From positions 9,183-73,182 of the forward strand of contig CAZQOW010000001.1 of NCBI GenBank assembly GCA_964595045.1: a DNA stretch of 64,000 bases, in the 5' to 3' direction. Both the position numbers and the translations under genes were made by a program. Shown here piece by piece: positions 1 through 8,187 of this stretch (position 1 is the first letter of the stretch; every line of letters begins with the position of its first letter). A model generated the notes under the pieces. That model worked only from the letters and a program-made list of their open reading frames with translations, did not search any database and was not told where the DNA came from. This DNA is from an uncultured Pseudomonadota bacterium. GTDB lineage: Bacteria > UBA10199 > JADFYH01.

Positions 1-472
1 TCCGATCGAGAGTAAAAAAACAACCGGTTACATTTTCTAAAATTCCTCTGACTTTTATTTGCGAATGATGTAACTCTTCTTCAATAAATCTCTCGCTAAT
101 TAAAGTTCTATGAAATTTTTCACTTAATAAAACAAGAATTGAACTGATAAAGCAAAATAGCAAAGTATAAAATAGATCAATTCCTGTCGTAGAAAAATTG
201 AGATAATATTTTGGCTCAATGAATAGAAAATTCGCTGCAAAAGCACTCAATAAAATTGAGAGTACTCCAGGAAAAAAACCTGCATACCAAGCTGTGACAA
301 AAATTACCGGATAAAAAAATGAAAATGGAGCATAAACTTTTTGAAAAAAAAGATCGAAAATCAAGTGAGAAAGAACTCCCAACCCAACCATCATGATCGA
401 AAAGCTAAAACGCCAAAAATAACTTTTATGACGTAAAAACTTCTCTGTTTGTAAGAATTTAAAATGAGTCAT
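1..472 (-). CDS. Sensor histidine kinase, N-terminal fragment (DUF4118-like membrane domain then start of a PAS domain). The 3' part lies beyond the window start.
   Basis: Manual reverse-complement translation from the ATG at 470-472 gives MTHFKFLQTEKFLRHKSYFWRFSFSIMMVGLG...FVTAWYAGFFPGVLSILLSAFAANFLFIEP...ILENVTGCFFTLDR. The hydrophobic KdpD/DUF4118-like segment is followed by a PAS-like start. It is not in the ORF track, possibly because it runs off the window edge. Confidence 0.45.
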   Translation of the reverse strand, partial: MTHFKFLQTEKFLRHKSYFWRFSFSIMMVGLGVLSHLIFDLFFQKVYAPFSFFYPVIFVTAWYAGFFPGVLSILLSAFAANFLFIEPKYYLNFSTTGIDLFYTLLFCFISSILVLLSEKFHRTLISERFIEEELHHSQIKVRGILENVTGCFFTLDR

Positions 473-1064
473 TTTATCCTTTTTTAAAAATTCCCCTTAA
501 ACCTTTTCTCTACTTGAGTAGTATCTAAATGGCAACATACCTACTTTACCTTGTTGATTTTATAAAAGGATATATAAGCTGTTAAAATTACTAGTGATTT
601 AAATAATATTAAAGAAACAGTACAAAAACTTTCATCAACAAAAATGATATTTTTCAAATGATCTGTCGCTTCAAAGTTCTATCCATAGATTTCCAACACT
701 AGCCCTATTCCTATCCCTAAAAACATCAGAATCAGGTGAAGCTTTTTTTCTATAAATTTAAAAAAAAATTGATTTCTCGTTTTCATAAATTCGTTTATTT
801 AGAATGAAATCTAAGTTTTATTTTTTACTATGATTCTATCGTACATCTAAATGAATCTTTATCTTTCTAACAATGGGGGATAATACGGTTTAAAAATAGG
901 GGAATACCGGGGAAAAGAATCTTAAAAAAAGAGAAATTTTTATTAATTTTACTTCATATAAATACAGATAAAGAATTTTATTCCTAATTTTAAAATCTTT
1001 AATTTCACTTAAGCTAAAAACTAATCTTAATTAAAATTTAATATTTTTAGAAACTAAGAAGTTT

Positions 1065-1096
1065 CCCTACTTGCAAATAAGAGCTCCCCTGATAGT
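1065..1096 (+). promoter_or_regulatory. Bipartite C-rich motif CCCTACTT-N10-GCTCCCCTGATAGT about 70 nt upstream of the 1165 gene. Second copy at 1697-1728, related copy at 62540-62566.
   Basis: Direct comparison: cCCTACTTgcaaataagaGCTCCCCTGATAGTttt versus cCCTACTTaaaaatcatttGCTCCCTGATAGTaat. Both sit in AT-rich intergenic DNA at similar distances from a start codon. Confidence 0.45.
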
Positions 1097-1164
1097 TTTT
1101 TTTGAACTGCTCTAATATAGTTTTTTATATTTATAAAAAACTTAAATTAATGAGGGAGAAAAAA

Positions 1165-1557
1165 ATGAAAATTTTTAAATTTTATTTTCAAATAAAACTA
1201 TTTTTTTTGAGCATTTTTATTTTTATAATTTTATTAATTTCTCAAATTTCTCAAAGTCTTGCTCGAACAAGTCATTTTAAAAAAATATTAATAAATCGAT
1301 CACATTTTACAGCAAATGAAATTCCATCGAACACTACTACTAATCCTCCAGGAACTATTCATACTAGCCCGAATCCGCCCCCTCCAAAGATTACGCCGAC
1401 TACGCCTCAGCCATCCGATTCATCTATAGAAGGAGCAATTAAAGATGATCCCTCGTCGTTAAAAAACAACAACCCTCCTGCCACAAAAAGTAAGAAGGTT
1501 GGAACTCCTTCAACAATTCGAACTTGGCCACCCCATAATAATAGTTATCAAAACTAA
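1165..1557 (+). CDS. Secreted Pro/Thr-rich low-complexity protein
   Basis: Preferred start is the internal ATG at 1165, behind GAGGGAG at 1153-1159. N-terminal signal-like stretch MKIFKFYFQIKLFFLSIFIFIILLISQISQSLA, then P/T/S/N-rich sequence (NPPGTIHTSPNPPPPKITPTTPQP). No recognisable enzymatic motif. Confidence 0.4.
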   Translation: MKIFKFYFQIKLFFLSIFIFIILLISQISQSLARTSHFKKILINRSHFTANEIPSNTTTNPPGTIHTSPNPPPPKITPTTPQPSDSSIEGAIKDDPSSLKNNNPPATKSKKVGTPSTIRTWPPHNNSYQN

Positions 1558-1795
1558 ACTTCACTTTGTACAATAGTTCATTAAAAAAATAATAATTAGT
1601 ATTGCTGAACATTGTGAAGAATTTAAAAAATTAATTAATTTCGTTCATTTTATTTTTAGATTTTTTAATCTTTTCTTATCTATTTTTAGGGCCTCCCCCT
1701 ACTTAAAAATCATTTGCTCCCTGATAGTAATTAAAATCTATCTCATTTTAATATTACCAAATCAAAATCATTAACCATTTATTAAGGAGATAGTC

Positions 1796-2104
1796 ATGAA
1801 CAACCAATCAGACAATCAAAAGAACAAAAGCGAAGGAAATAAAAATTTATCTGAGAAAGATAAAAATCAGAATCTTAACCAAGATTCAGATACTCAAATG
1901 AATGAAGAAAATCAGGATCGAAGACAAGAGAGAGATCAGGATTCAGGTACTCAAAAAGATGAAAGATCTGGAGAAGAAATAAAACGAAGAACTTCAACTG
2001 AACTTGAAGAAGAAGATGAAAATGATCCGTCAGTAAAAGAGAAAGTTGAATACAAAGATCCAATCAAACCCCAAACAGAAGCTGAACGTTTCGCAAAAAA
2101 ATAA
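1796..2104 (+). CDS. Small highly charged protein (D/E/K/Q/N-rich), predicted disordered. Stress-protein-like.
   Basis: Strong Shine-Dalgarno (TAAGGAGATAGTC) before ATG. 102 aa with no hydrophobic segment. Composition resembles hydrophilin/LEA-like stress proteins. Confidence 0.4.
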   Translation: MNNQSDNQKNKSEGNKNLSEKDKNQNLNQDSDTQMNEENQDRRQERDQDSGTQKDERSGEEIKRRTSTELEEEDENDPSVKEKVEYKDPIKPQTEAERFAKK

Positions 2105-2141
2105 TTATTTAATCAATTTAAAATTTATAAAGGAGACTAAT

Positions 2142-2408
2142 ATGGAAAACGTAAAATCATTCGGAAAAGAAATTAAAACCGATGCAGAAAATCTCACTAC
2201 GATCGTTCAAAATGCAGTGAGAGATTCTGTCCAGAGTATTAAAGAGAATTTTTCAGAATATTATGAAAAAGGAATCGAAGGGGCAAAAGAATGGGAAAAA
2301 AAAGCAGAAGGAAAAATTAAAGATTATCCTTTGCAATCTCTTTTAATTGCCGCCGGGGTCGGTTTAGTTTTCGGACTATTATGTCACAAAAAGCAAGCAT
2401 GCAATTAA
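2142..2408 (+). CDS. DUF883/ElaB/YqjD-family membrane-anchored stress protein
   Basis: Internal start with AAAGGAGACTAAT Shine-Dalgarno. About 88 aa. Hydrophilic helical N-terminus then a C-terminal anchor YPLQSLLIAAGVGLVFGLL, the typical ElaB/YqjD architecture. Confidence 0.55.
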   Translation: MENVKSFGKEIKTDAENLTTIVQNAVRDSVQSIKENFSEYYEKGIEGAKEWEKKAEGKIKDYPLQSLLIAAGVGLVFGLLCHKKQACN

Positions 2409-2419
2409 AAGGAGGCTTT

Positions 2420-2878
2420 ATGGATGCAATACAATTATTAAAAGAAGATCATGAAAAAGTAAAAAAGCTATTTAAAGAATATGAATCCTTAGGAGAAAAG
2501 GCTCTTTCTAAAAAAAAAGATATCGCTGATAAAATTTTGATGGAACTGGAAATTCATGCTGAAATTGAAGAACAAATTTTTTATCCGCGAGTCAAAGAGG
2601 CAACGGAAGATGAAGACATTAAAAAATTAATCTATGAGTCTTTTGAAGAACACAAAATTGTAAAAACACTTGTTGCCGAATTAAAAGAGTCAGAAGAAAT
2701 CGATGAAGTTTTCGAAGCTAAGATGAAAGTTTTACGAGAAAGTGTTGAGCACCATATTAAAGAAGAGCAAACAGAACTTTTCCCAGGAGCTAAAAAAGCA
2801 ATGAAGGAAGAGTTGAAAGAGTTAGGAAATGAAATGCAAGCACAAAAAGAGGTTTTGAAGGAGGAAAAAGCAGCTTAG
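2420..2878 (+). CDS. Hemerythrin-like (HHE cation-binding) domain protein
   Basis: Start preferred at ATG 2420 behind AAAAGGAGG. Contains LLKEDHEKVKKLFKEY, EIHAEIEEQIFYP and ESVEHHIKEEQTELFP, the H/E-rich motifs typical of hemerythrin-like domains. Confidence 0.55.
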   Translation: MDAIQLLKEDHEKVKKLFKEYESLGEKALSKKKDIADKILMELEIHAEIEEQIFYPRVKEATEDEDIKKLIYESFEEHKIVKTLVAELKESEEIDEVFEAKMKVLRESVEHHIKEEQTELFPGAKKAMKEELKELGNEMQAQKEVLKEEKAA

Positions 2879-2910
2879 TTAACAATAACAATAATTCTAT
2901 AGGAGGTTTT

Positions 2911-3126
2911 ATGTCAAAAAAAGCATCTGAACATCATAATAAAGCTTCTGAGCATTATGATAATGCTTCCAAACATCATAAAGAAGCGGCAAAGCATTAT
3001 GATGCTGGTAACCATGAAAAAGCAGCACATCATGCTCATACTGCACATGGCCATAGCCAGACTGGCAAAAGTCATGCAAACGAAGCTTCGAAGTCTCACA
3101 CAGAAGAACATGGAAGTAAAAAGTAA
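2911..3126 (+). CDS. Histidine-rich repeat protein (ASEHH / AAKHY / AAHHAH repeats). Possible metal-binding stress protein.
   Basis: Behind ATAGGAGGTTTT Shine-Dalgarno. 71 aa, about 25% His in degenerate heptad-like repeats. Followed by a stem-loop terminator. Confidence 0.45.
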   Translation: MSKKASEHHNKASEHYDNASKHHKEAAKHYDAGNHEKAAHHAHTAHGHSQTGKSHANEASKSHTEEHGSKK

Positions 3127-3138
3127 ATCTACTTTATA

Positions 3139-3173
3139 CCCTTTCTATCTTTAAAGGTAGAAAGGGTTTTTTT
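3139..3173 (+). terminator. Rho-independent terminator after the His-rich gene
   Basis: CCCTTTCTA (3139-3147) and TAGAAAGGG (3158-3166) form a perfect 9-bp stem with a 10-nt loop, followed by T7. Confidence 0.55.
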
Positions 3174-3449
3174 ATGTCCTTCACACTCTCACATCTTTCT
3201 TTTTCAGAATTTTTAGGACTGATCCTGACAATTTTCGGAACGCTCTGTTGGGGAATTTGTTTTTATTGGATGAAGCGAATCTCTGATCGACAAGACAAAG
3301 TAATGAATGAGCTTCAAACTCAAGGAAAGCGAATTGAAAAATTATCAAAAGCTGAGCACGATTTAATTAAAGAAGTGCATCCACAAGTTGGGGAAATCAA
3401 AGAGAGCATTGAAGCTGTCGTAAAAATCATAGATGTGAATAATATTTAA
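3174..3449 (+). CDS. Small membrane protein (one or two TM segments plus a charged C-terminal helix)
   Basis: ORF starts immediately after the terminator T-run. N-terminal hydrophobic segment FLGLILTIFGTLCWGICFYW. No recognised family. Confidence 0.3.
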   Translation: MSFTLSHLSFSEFLGLILTIFGTLCWGICFYWMKRISDRQDKVMNELQTQGKRIEKLSKAEHDLIKEVHPQVGEIKESIEAVVKIIDVNNI

Positions 3450-3464
3450 TTAAAAGGAGAAAAT

Positions 3465-3611
3465 ATGCTGCGTACAATTTTAATTGTTCTACTCGTTCTT
3501 ATGCTCGTTGGAATGTTACCGATATGGCCTTACAGTGCCCATTTTGGATATTATCCGAGTGGAGCTGCTGGATTAGTACTCATCGGATTGATTATTCTTG
3601 CTTTGAGATGA
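3465..3611 (+). CDS. DUF3309-like small membrane protein, 48 aa. Below the ORF-track size cutoff.
   Basis: AAAAGGAGAAAAT Shine-Dalgarno then ATG. Manual translation MLRTILIVLLVLMLVGMLPIWPYSAHFGYYPSGAAGLVLIGLIILALR. The PxWPYS...GYYPSG pattern is typical of DUF3309. Confidence 0.5.
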   Translation: MLRTILIVLLVLMLVGMLPIWPYSAHFGYYPSGAAGLVLIGLIILALR

Positions 3612-3647
3612 ACAATCCAAGAAGAAATAAACAAAATCGTAAAGAAA

Positions 3648-4553
3648 TTAATTTTTTAATAATTCTCCTAAAATCGCTTTTTGAATGTGAAGGCGATTTT
3701 CGGCTTGCTGAAAAATATAAGATTGTGGCCCATCCATTATTTCGCTGGTAATCTCTTCACCCCGATGAGCCGGGAGACAGTGAAGGATCATTGCTTTCGG
3801 AGCAGCATGACTTAAAAGTTTTTTATTAATCTGAAATGGTAAAAATTGGCTCTTTTTTTGTGGATCTTCTTTTTGCCCCATCGAAAACCATGTGTCTGTA
3901 TAAACTACATCAGCGTTTTTTACCGCTTTGATCGGATCAGACGAAATTGAAATTTGAGGATAACTGGTGATCTGTGTCAACAATCCACCCGACGGCAAAT
4001 GCCCCTGGGGAGAGGCAATTCTCAATTCAAAACCGAGCAGGATAGACGCTTCAATCCAGGAATTTGCCAGATTATTCCCATCTCCCACATAAGCAATTTT
4101 CAATTTTTTATAATTTTTTTTCACTTCAACAATCGTCAAAAGATCTGCCAAAATTTGAACGGGATGAAAAAGATCAGATAAACCGTTGATCACCGGAACA
4201 GCAGAATTCTTCGCCAACTCTTCCAGATTTTTCTGAAGAAAAGTACGAATCACAATTCCGTGAACATAACGTGAAAGAACTCTGGCGGTATCCTGATAAG
4301 ATTCTCCACGCCCAATCTGGCTTTCTTGTCCGCTGAGATAAATGGAAGTTCCACCCAATTCACTCATTGCGACTTCAAAAGAAACCCGAGTGCGCGTCGA
4401 ACTTTTTTCAAAAATCATCGCAAGTGTTTTTCCTGAAAGTGGTTTCGGATGTTTTTTCTTCCCGCGAAGAAGTTTGTATTGGCGAGCTTTTTTGAGAAGC
4501 TGATCCACTTCTTTTGGTTGAAGATCAAAAAGGGTGAGAAGATGTTTTTTCAT
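3648..4553 (-). CDS. argF: Ornithine carbamoyltransferase
   Basis: STRTR carbamoyl-phosphate motif (FEKSSTRTRVSFE), HCLPAHRGEE ornithine-binding motif, about 300 aa. Overlaps argD by 4 nt. Confidence 0.9.
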   Translation of the reverse strand: MKKHLLTLFDLQPKEVDQLLKKARQYKLLRGKKKHPKPLSGKTLAMIFEKSSTRTRVSFEVAMSELGGTSIYLSGQESQIGRGESYQDTARVLSRYVHGIVIRTFLQKNLEELAKNSAVPVINGLSDLFHPVQILADLLTIVEVKKNYKKLKIAYVGDGNNLANSWIEASILLGFELRIASPQGHLPSGGLLTQITSYPQISISSDPIKAVKNADVVYTDTWFSMGQKEDPQKKSQFLPFQINKKLLSHAAPKAMILHCLPAHRGEEITSEIMDGPQSYIFQQAENRLHIQKAILGELLKN

Positions 4554-5752
4554 CTCAATAAATCCTCCAAAATCTGAATCGCCAAATCAACCTCCTGTTT
4601 GGAAATGATCAATGGAGGAACAAATCGCAAAACCTTCTCTTGAGTACAATTTAGCAACAAACCTTTTTCGAGCCCTTTTAAAACAATCTCTTTGCCGGGT
4701 TGACTTAGCTCAATTCCCAGCATCAACCCTTTTCCGCGAACCTCGATAATTATCGGATGTTTTTTCTTCAACTCTAAAAGTTGATCAAAAAAATACTTTC
4801 CGACTTCTTTGCAATTCTGGAGAACCGTTTCCTGGAGGATTGAAATCACCTCTTTTGCTACCCGCGTCACTAAAGGATTTCCACCGAAGGTTGCCGCGTG
4901 ATCTCCCGGCTCAAAACTTTTCGCCACTTTTTCATTCGCGAGAATCGCACCGATCGGTAAACCTCCCGCCAACCCTTTTGCCAAAGTCAGAATATCGGGC
5001 GCAACACCTGACTGCTCGTATGCGAACAAAGATCCGGTCCGGCCAATTCCTGTTTGAATTTCGTCATAGATCAGAAGAAGATTTTGCTCATTGCACAACT
5101 GTCGAACTTTTTGAAGATAATCAGTCGAAGCGAGACAAACTCCCCCTTCTCCCTGAATCGGCTCAATCAGAACAGCTGCGGTTTTGGAAGAGATCGATTG
5201 TTTGAGTGCTTCAAAATCGTTGAAAGGGACATGTTTAAATCCTTCTACCAGAGGCTCAAACCCTTTTTTCACTTTTTCCTGGCCGGTCGCGCTGATCATC
5301 GCCAGCGTTCGTCCATGAAAAGAGTTTTTCATCGCGATCACTTCATATTTTTCAGGAGAACCGTTTTTTTTGAAATATTTTCGAGTAAGCTTCACGGCTC
5401 CTTCATTTGCCTCTGCGCCGCTATTACAGAAAAAAACTTGGTCAGCGAAGGAATTTTCTACAAGAGTTTCCGCCAACTCAATCTGAGGAAGATTAAAATA
5501 AAGATTGGATATATGGATCAGCTTGGAAGCTTGATCTGCAATCACCTTGGATAATCGAGGATGGGCATGTCCTAGGCAATTCACCGCAATTCCGCCGACC
5601 AGATCGAGATATTTTTTTCCTTCGACATCCCAGACAAAACAACCTTCTCCGTGGGTGAGCACAACAGGAAAACGGGAATAGGTGTTCATGAGAACCTGAT
5701 TCGCTCGATGAATAATGGATTGGTTGTTTAAAGTTTCAGAAGACATTTTCAT
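4550..5752 (-). CDS. argD: Acetylornithine aminotransferase (class III PLP aminotransferase)
   Basis: Class III aminotransferase signature (LIYDEIQTGIGRTG, TLAKGLAGG), 400 aa. Position between argB and argF. Confidence 0.85.
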   Translation of the reverse strand: MKMSSETLNNQSIIHRANQVLMNTYSRFPVVLTHGEGCFVWDVEGKKYLDLVGGIAVNCLGHAHPRLSKVIADQASKLIHISNLYFNLPQIELAETLVENSFADQVFFCNSGAEANEGAVKLTRKYFKKNGSPEKYEVIAMKNSFHGRTLAMISATGQEKVKKGFEPLVEGFKHVPFNDFEALKQSISSKTAAVLIEPIQGEGGVCLASTDYLQKVRQLCNEQNLLLIYDEIQTGIGRTGSLFAYEQSGVAPDILTLAKGLAGGLPIGAILANEKVAKSFEPGDHAATFGGNPLVTRVAKEVISILQETVLQNCKEVGKYFFDQLLELKKKHPIIIEVRGKGLMLGIELSQPGKEIVLKGLEKGLLLNCTQEKVLRFVPPLIISKQEVDLAIQILEDLLR

Positions 5753-5766
5753 TTAATATCAATTCC

Positions 5767-5800
5767 CCCTCTCCTCCGGGGAGAGGGCTGGGGTGAGGGG
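5767..5800. repeat. GC-rich hairpin (8-bp stem CCCTCTCC/GGAGAGGG) overlapping a four-run G-tract (GGGG AGA GGG CT GGGG TGA GGGG) in the 57-nt argB-argD spacer
   Basis: Direct reading. Hairpin at 5767-5787. G4-type motif at 5778-5800 on the plus strand, which is the template for the minus-strand arg genes. Very GC-rich island in AT-rich surroundings. Confidence 0.5.
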
Positions 5801-5809
5801 AAAACAATT

Positions 5810-6688
5810 TTATTGTAAAACTGTTCCGACCCCTTGATCTGTAAATATCTCAAGTAGAACGGCATGCTCGACCCGCCCATCAATAATATGAGCACTTTTA
5901 ACTCCGTTCGCGAGCGCTTTGATACAGCATTCGACCTTCGGAATCATCCCCCCTTTAATCACATCTTCTCGAATGAGTCTTTTTGTTTCGGCAACTCCAA
6001 GATTTGAAATTAATTTTCCCTGTTGATCTTTTACCCCTTCCACATCGGTTAAAAGAACCAGCTTTTCTGCTTGAAGGGCGGAGGCAACCGCTCCCGCAAC
6101 GAGATCGGCATTGATATTCAACGCTTCCCCTTTTTCAGAAATGCCAACCGGAGCAATAATCGGGATAAAATGATCATTCGCTAAAATTTTGAGGAGATTG
6201 GCATTCACTTCAGTGACATTTCCAACACGCCCCAAATCGATAATTTCAGCCACTTTTTGATCAAACGTTACTTTTTCTTTGGGAAGTTTTTTTGCTTTAA
6301 TTAGATCTCCGTCAGCACCAGAAACCCCCACCGCCTTCCCTCCATGGCGGTTCATCAAGCTCACAATCTCTTTGTTTACTTTTCCGACTAACACCATTTC
6401 GACGACATCCATCGTTGCTTGATCGGTGATTCGAATTCCCCTATGAAATTTGGATTCGATTCCCAGCTGTTCAAGCATTTTTCCTATTTGCGGGCCACCA
6501 CCATGAACCACCACCGGATTCAATCCGATATATTTCATCAAAACGATATCTTTCGCAAAGCTCTCTTTCAGAGCTTCATCGACCATCGCATGACCACCAT
6601 ACTTCACGATGATCGTTTTACCGAAAAAACGTTTGATATAAGGGAGTGCTTCCATCAAGGTGGAAGCTTTTTGTAGGGCTTCTTGCAT
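5810..6688 (-). CDS. argB: Acetylglutamate kinase
   Basis: Amino-acid kinase family motifs ([30 protein letters not shown]), 292 aa. Confidence 0.9.
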   Translation of the reverse strand: MQEALQKASTLMEALPYIKRFFGKTIIVKYGGHAMVDEALKESFAKDIVLMKYIGLNPVVVHGGGPQIGKMLEQLGIESKFHRGIRITDQATMDVVEMVLVGKVNKEIVSLMNRHGGKAVGVSGADGDLIKAKKLPKEKVTFDQKVAEIIDLGRVGNVTEVNANLLKILANDHFIPIIAPVGISEKGEALNINADLVAGAVASALQAEKLVLLTDVEGVKDQQGKLISNLGVAETKRLIREDVIKGGMIPKVECCIKALANGVKSAHIIDGRVEHAVLLEIFTDQGVGTVLQ

Positions 6689-6692
6689 AATA

Positions 6693-6750
6693 GTTATGGG
6701 TTATGGGTTATGGGTTATGGGATTTTTTATTCTTATTCATTACCCATAAC
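6693..6750. repeat. Tandem heptamer GTTATGG x4 (6693-6720) plus an inverted partial copy CCCATAAC (6743-6750)
   Basis: Direct reading. On the argB (minus) mRNA this reads CCAUAAC x4 then UAUU then AUG, so it occupies the position where a Shine-Dalgarno would be. It also lies 3' of the hslU stop. Confidence 0.8.
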
Positions 6751-6768
6751 TCATCACTCATAACGCTC

Positions 6769-8187
6769 TTATAAAATATATCTGCTTAAATCTTGATCTT
6801 TCGCGATATCAGTCAATCTCTCTCTCACATATTTCTGATCAATACAAACCTCTTTTCCCTTCATTTCGGGAGCGCTAAACGAAACATCATCCAAAACTCT
6901 TTCCATGATTGTATGCAAACGTCTTGCTCCAATATTTTCAGTTCTTTCATTCACCGTCGCTGCGAAGGTAGCAATTTCTTCCAATCCATCTTGCCGAAAA
7001 TCGACTTTTACCTCTTCGGTTTTTAACATGGCAACCGACTGTTTCATGAGCGAGTTTTCAGGTTCAATTAAAATTCTCAAAAAATCTCCCTGACTCAAAG
7101 AATCGAGCTCTACTCGAATCGGAAATCTCCCTTGCAATTCAGGAATCAAATCGGACGGCTTTGAAACATGAAAAGCGCCGGCTGCAATAAACAAAATATG
7201 ATCGGTTTTGACCATTCCATATTTCGTATTGACGTTTGAACCTTCAACAATCGGCAAGATATCCCGTTGAACCCCTTCTCTGGAAACATCAGGACCTTGG
7301 GCACTTTCACGGCCGGCGATTTTGTCGATTTCATCTAGAAAGACAATTCCGTTTTGTTCGACCCGCTCTATGGCACATTTAATAACGTAATCCATATCAA
7401 TTAAACGACCCGCTTCTTCTTGAAGTAAAATCTGTTTTGCTTCTAGCACTTTTACTTTTCTTCGCTTTTTTCCTTTGGGCATGAAGCTTTGAAACATATC
7501 GCGAAGATTCATTCCGATCTCATCCATGTTCGCTCCGCTGATTACTTCCACCATCGGCATCGAGGCTTGGGAGTTGATTTCGAGATCAACGATCCTTTCA
7601 TCGAGTTTTCCAGCGCGAAGAAGCGCTCTTAACTTTTCGCGGGTTTCATCGGTCGGTTCTTGTACCGGTTCGATCGGCTCTTCTACAGTGGCCGAAAAGT
7701 CTGCTTTAGAAAATTCGTTATCTTGCAAAACAGTTTCTTGAGATTCAGTCGGTTCAGGAGATTGTCTTCTCGGAAGTAAAAGATCTAAGATCTGTTCTTC
7801 AACCAGCTCTTCGGCTTTTGCGAGAACTTTTTCTTTTTCTTCTTCTCGGACCATGTTCACCGCCAAGTCAGTCAATTCGCGGATAATCGACTCAACATCT
7901 TTTCCGACATAACCCACCTCGGTAAACTTGGACGCTTCGACTTTGACAAACGGCGCCTGTGCAAGCTTTGCCAAGCGACGCGCAATTTCAGTTTTTCCAA
8001 CGCCGGTTGGTCCGATCATAATAATGTTTTTTGGAGCAATTTCATCGCGAAGTTCTTTCGGAACCTGCTGCCTTCTCCATCGATTCCGAAGCGCAATCGC
8101 TACGGCACGTTTAGCTTTTGCTTGTCCGATAATATATTTATCTAACTCAACCACGATTTCTTTGGGGGTAAAATTCATATTAACCAA
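6769..8187 (-). CDS. hslU: ATP-dependent protease ATPase subunit HslU
   Basis: N-terminal [33 protein letters not shown], Walker [16 protein letters not shown], 472 aa with an acidic variable insert (I-domain). Overlaps hslV by 8 nt. Confidence 0.9.
   Translation of the reverse strand: MVNMNFTPKEIVVELDKYIIGQAKAKRAVAIALRNRWRRQQVPKELRDEIAPKNIIMIGPTGVGKTEIARRLAKLAQAPFVKVEASKFTEVGYVGKDVESIIRELTDLAVNMVREEEKEKVLAKAEELVEEQILDLLLPRRQSPEPTESQETVLQDNEFSKADFSATVEEPIEPVQEPTDETREKLRALLRAGKLDERIVDLEINSQASMPMVEVISGANMDEIGMNLRDMFQSFMPKGKKRRKVKVLEAKQILLQEEAGRLIDMDYVIKCAIERVEQNGIVFLDEIDKIAGRESAQGPDVSREGVQRDILPIVEGSNVNTKYGMVKTDHILFIAAGAFHVSKPSDLIPELQGRFPIRVELDSLSQGDFLRILIEPENSLMKQSVAMLKTEEVKVDFRQDGLEEIATFAATVNERTENIGARRLHTIMERVLDDVSFSAPEMKGKEVCIDQKYVRERLTDIAKDQDLSRYIL

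Noticed and set aside
1102-1164. Upstream extension of the Pro-rich protein ORF (start at 1102) and ORF 3524-3751
   Set aside because: The 1102 start lacks a Shine-Dalgarno, whereas ATG 1165 is preceded by GAGGGAG at ideal spacing. ORF 3524-3751 overlaps the well-supported DUF3309 gene in another frame and runs into the argF 3' end.
2914-3111. Antisense 65-aa ORF opposite the His-rich gene
   Set aside because: It is open only because the sense strand is a low-complexity CAT/CAC/AAA repeat. It has no Shine-Dalgarno, and the translation is Met/Phe/Cys-rich nonsense-like. The plus-strand gene has a strong ribosome-binding site and a terminator.
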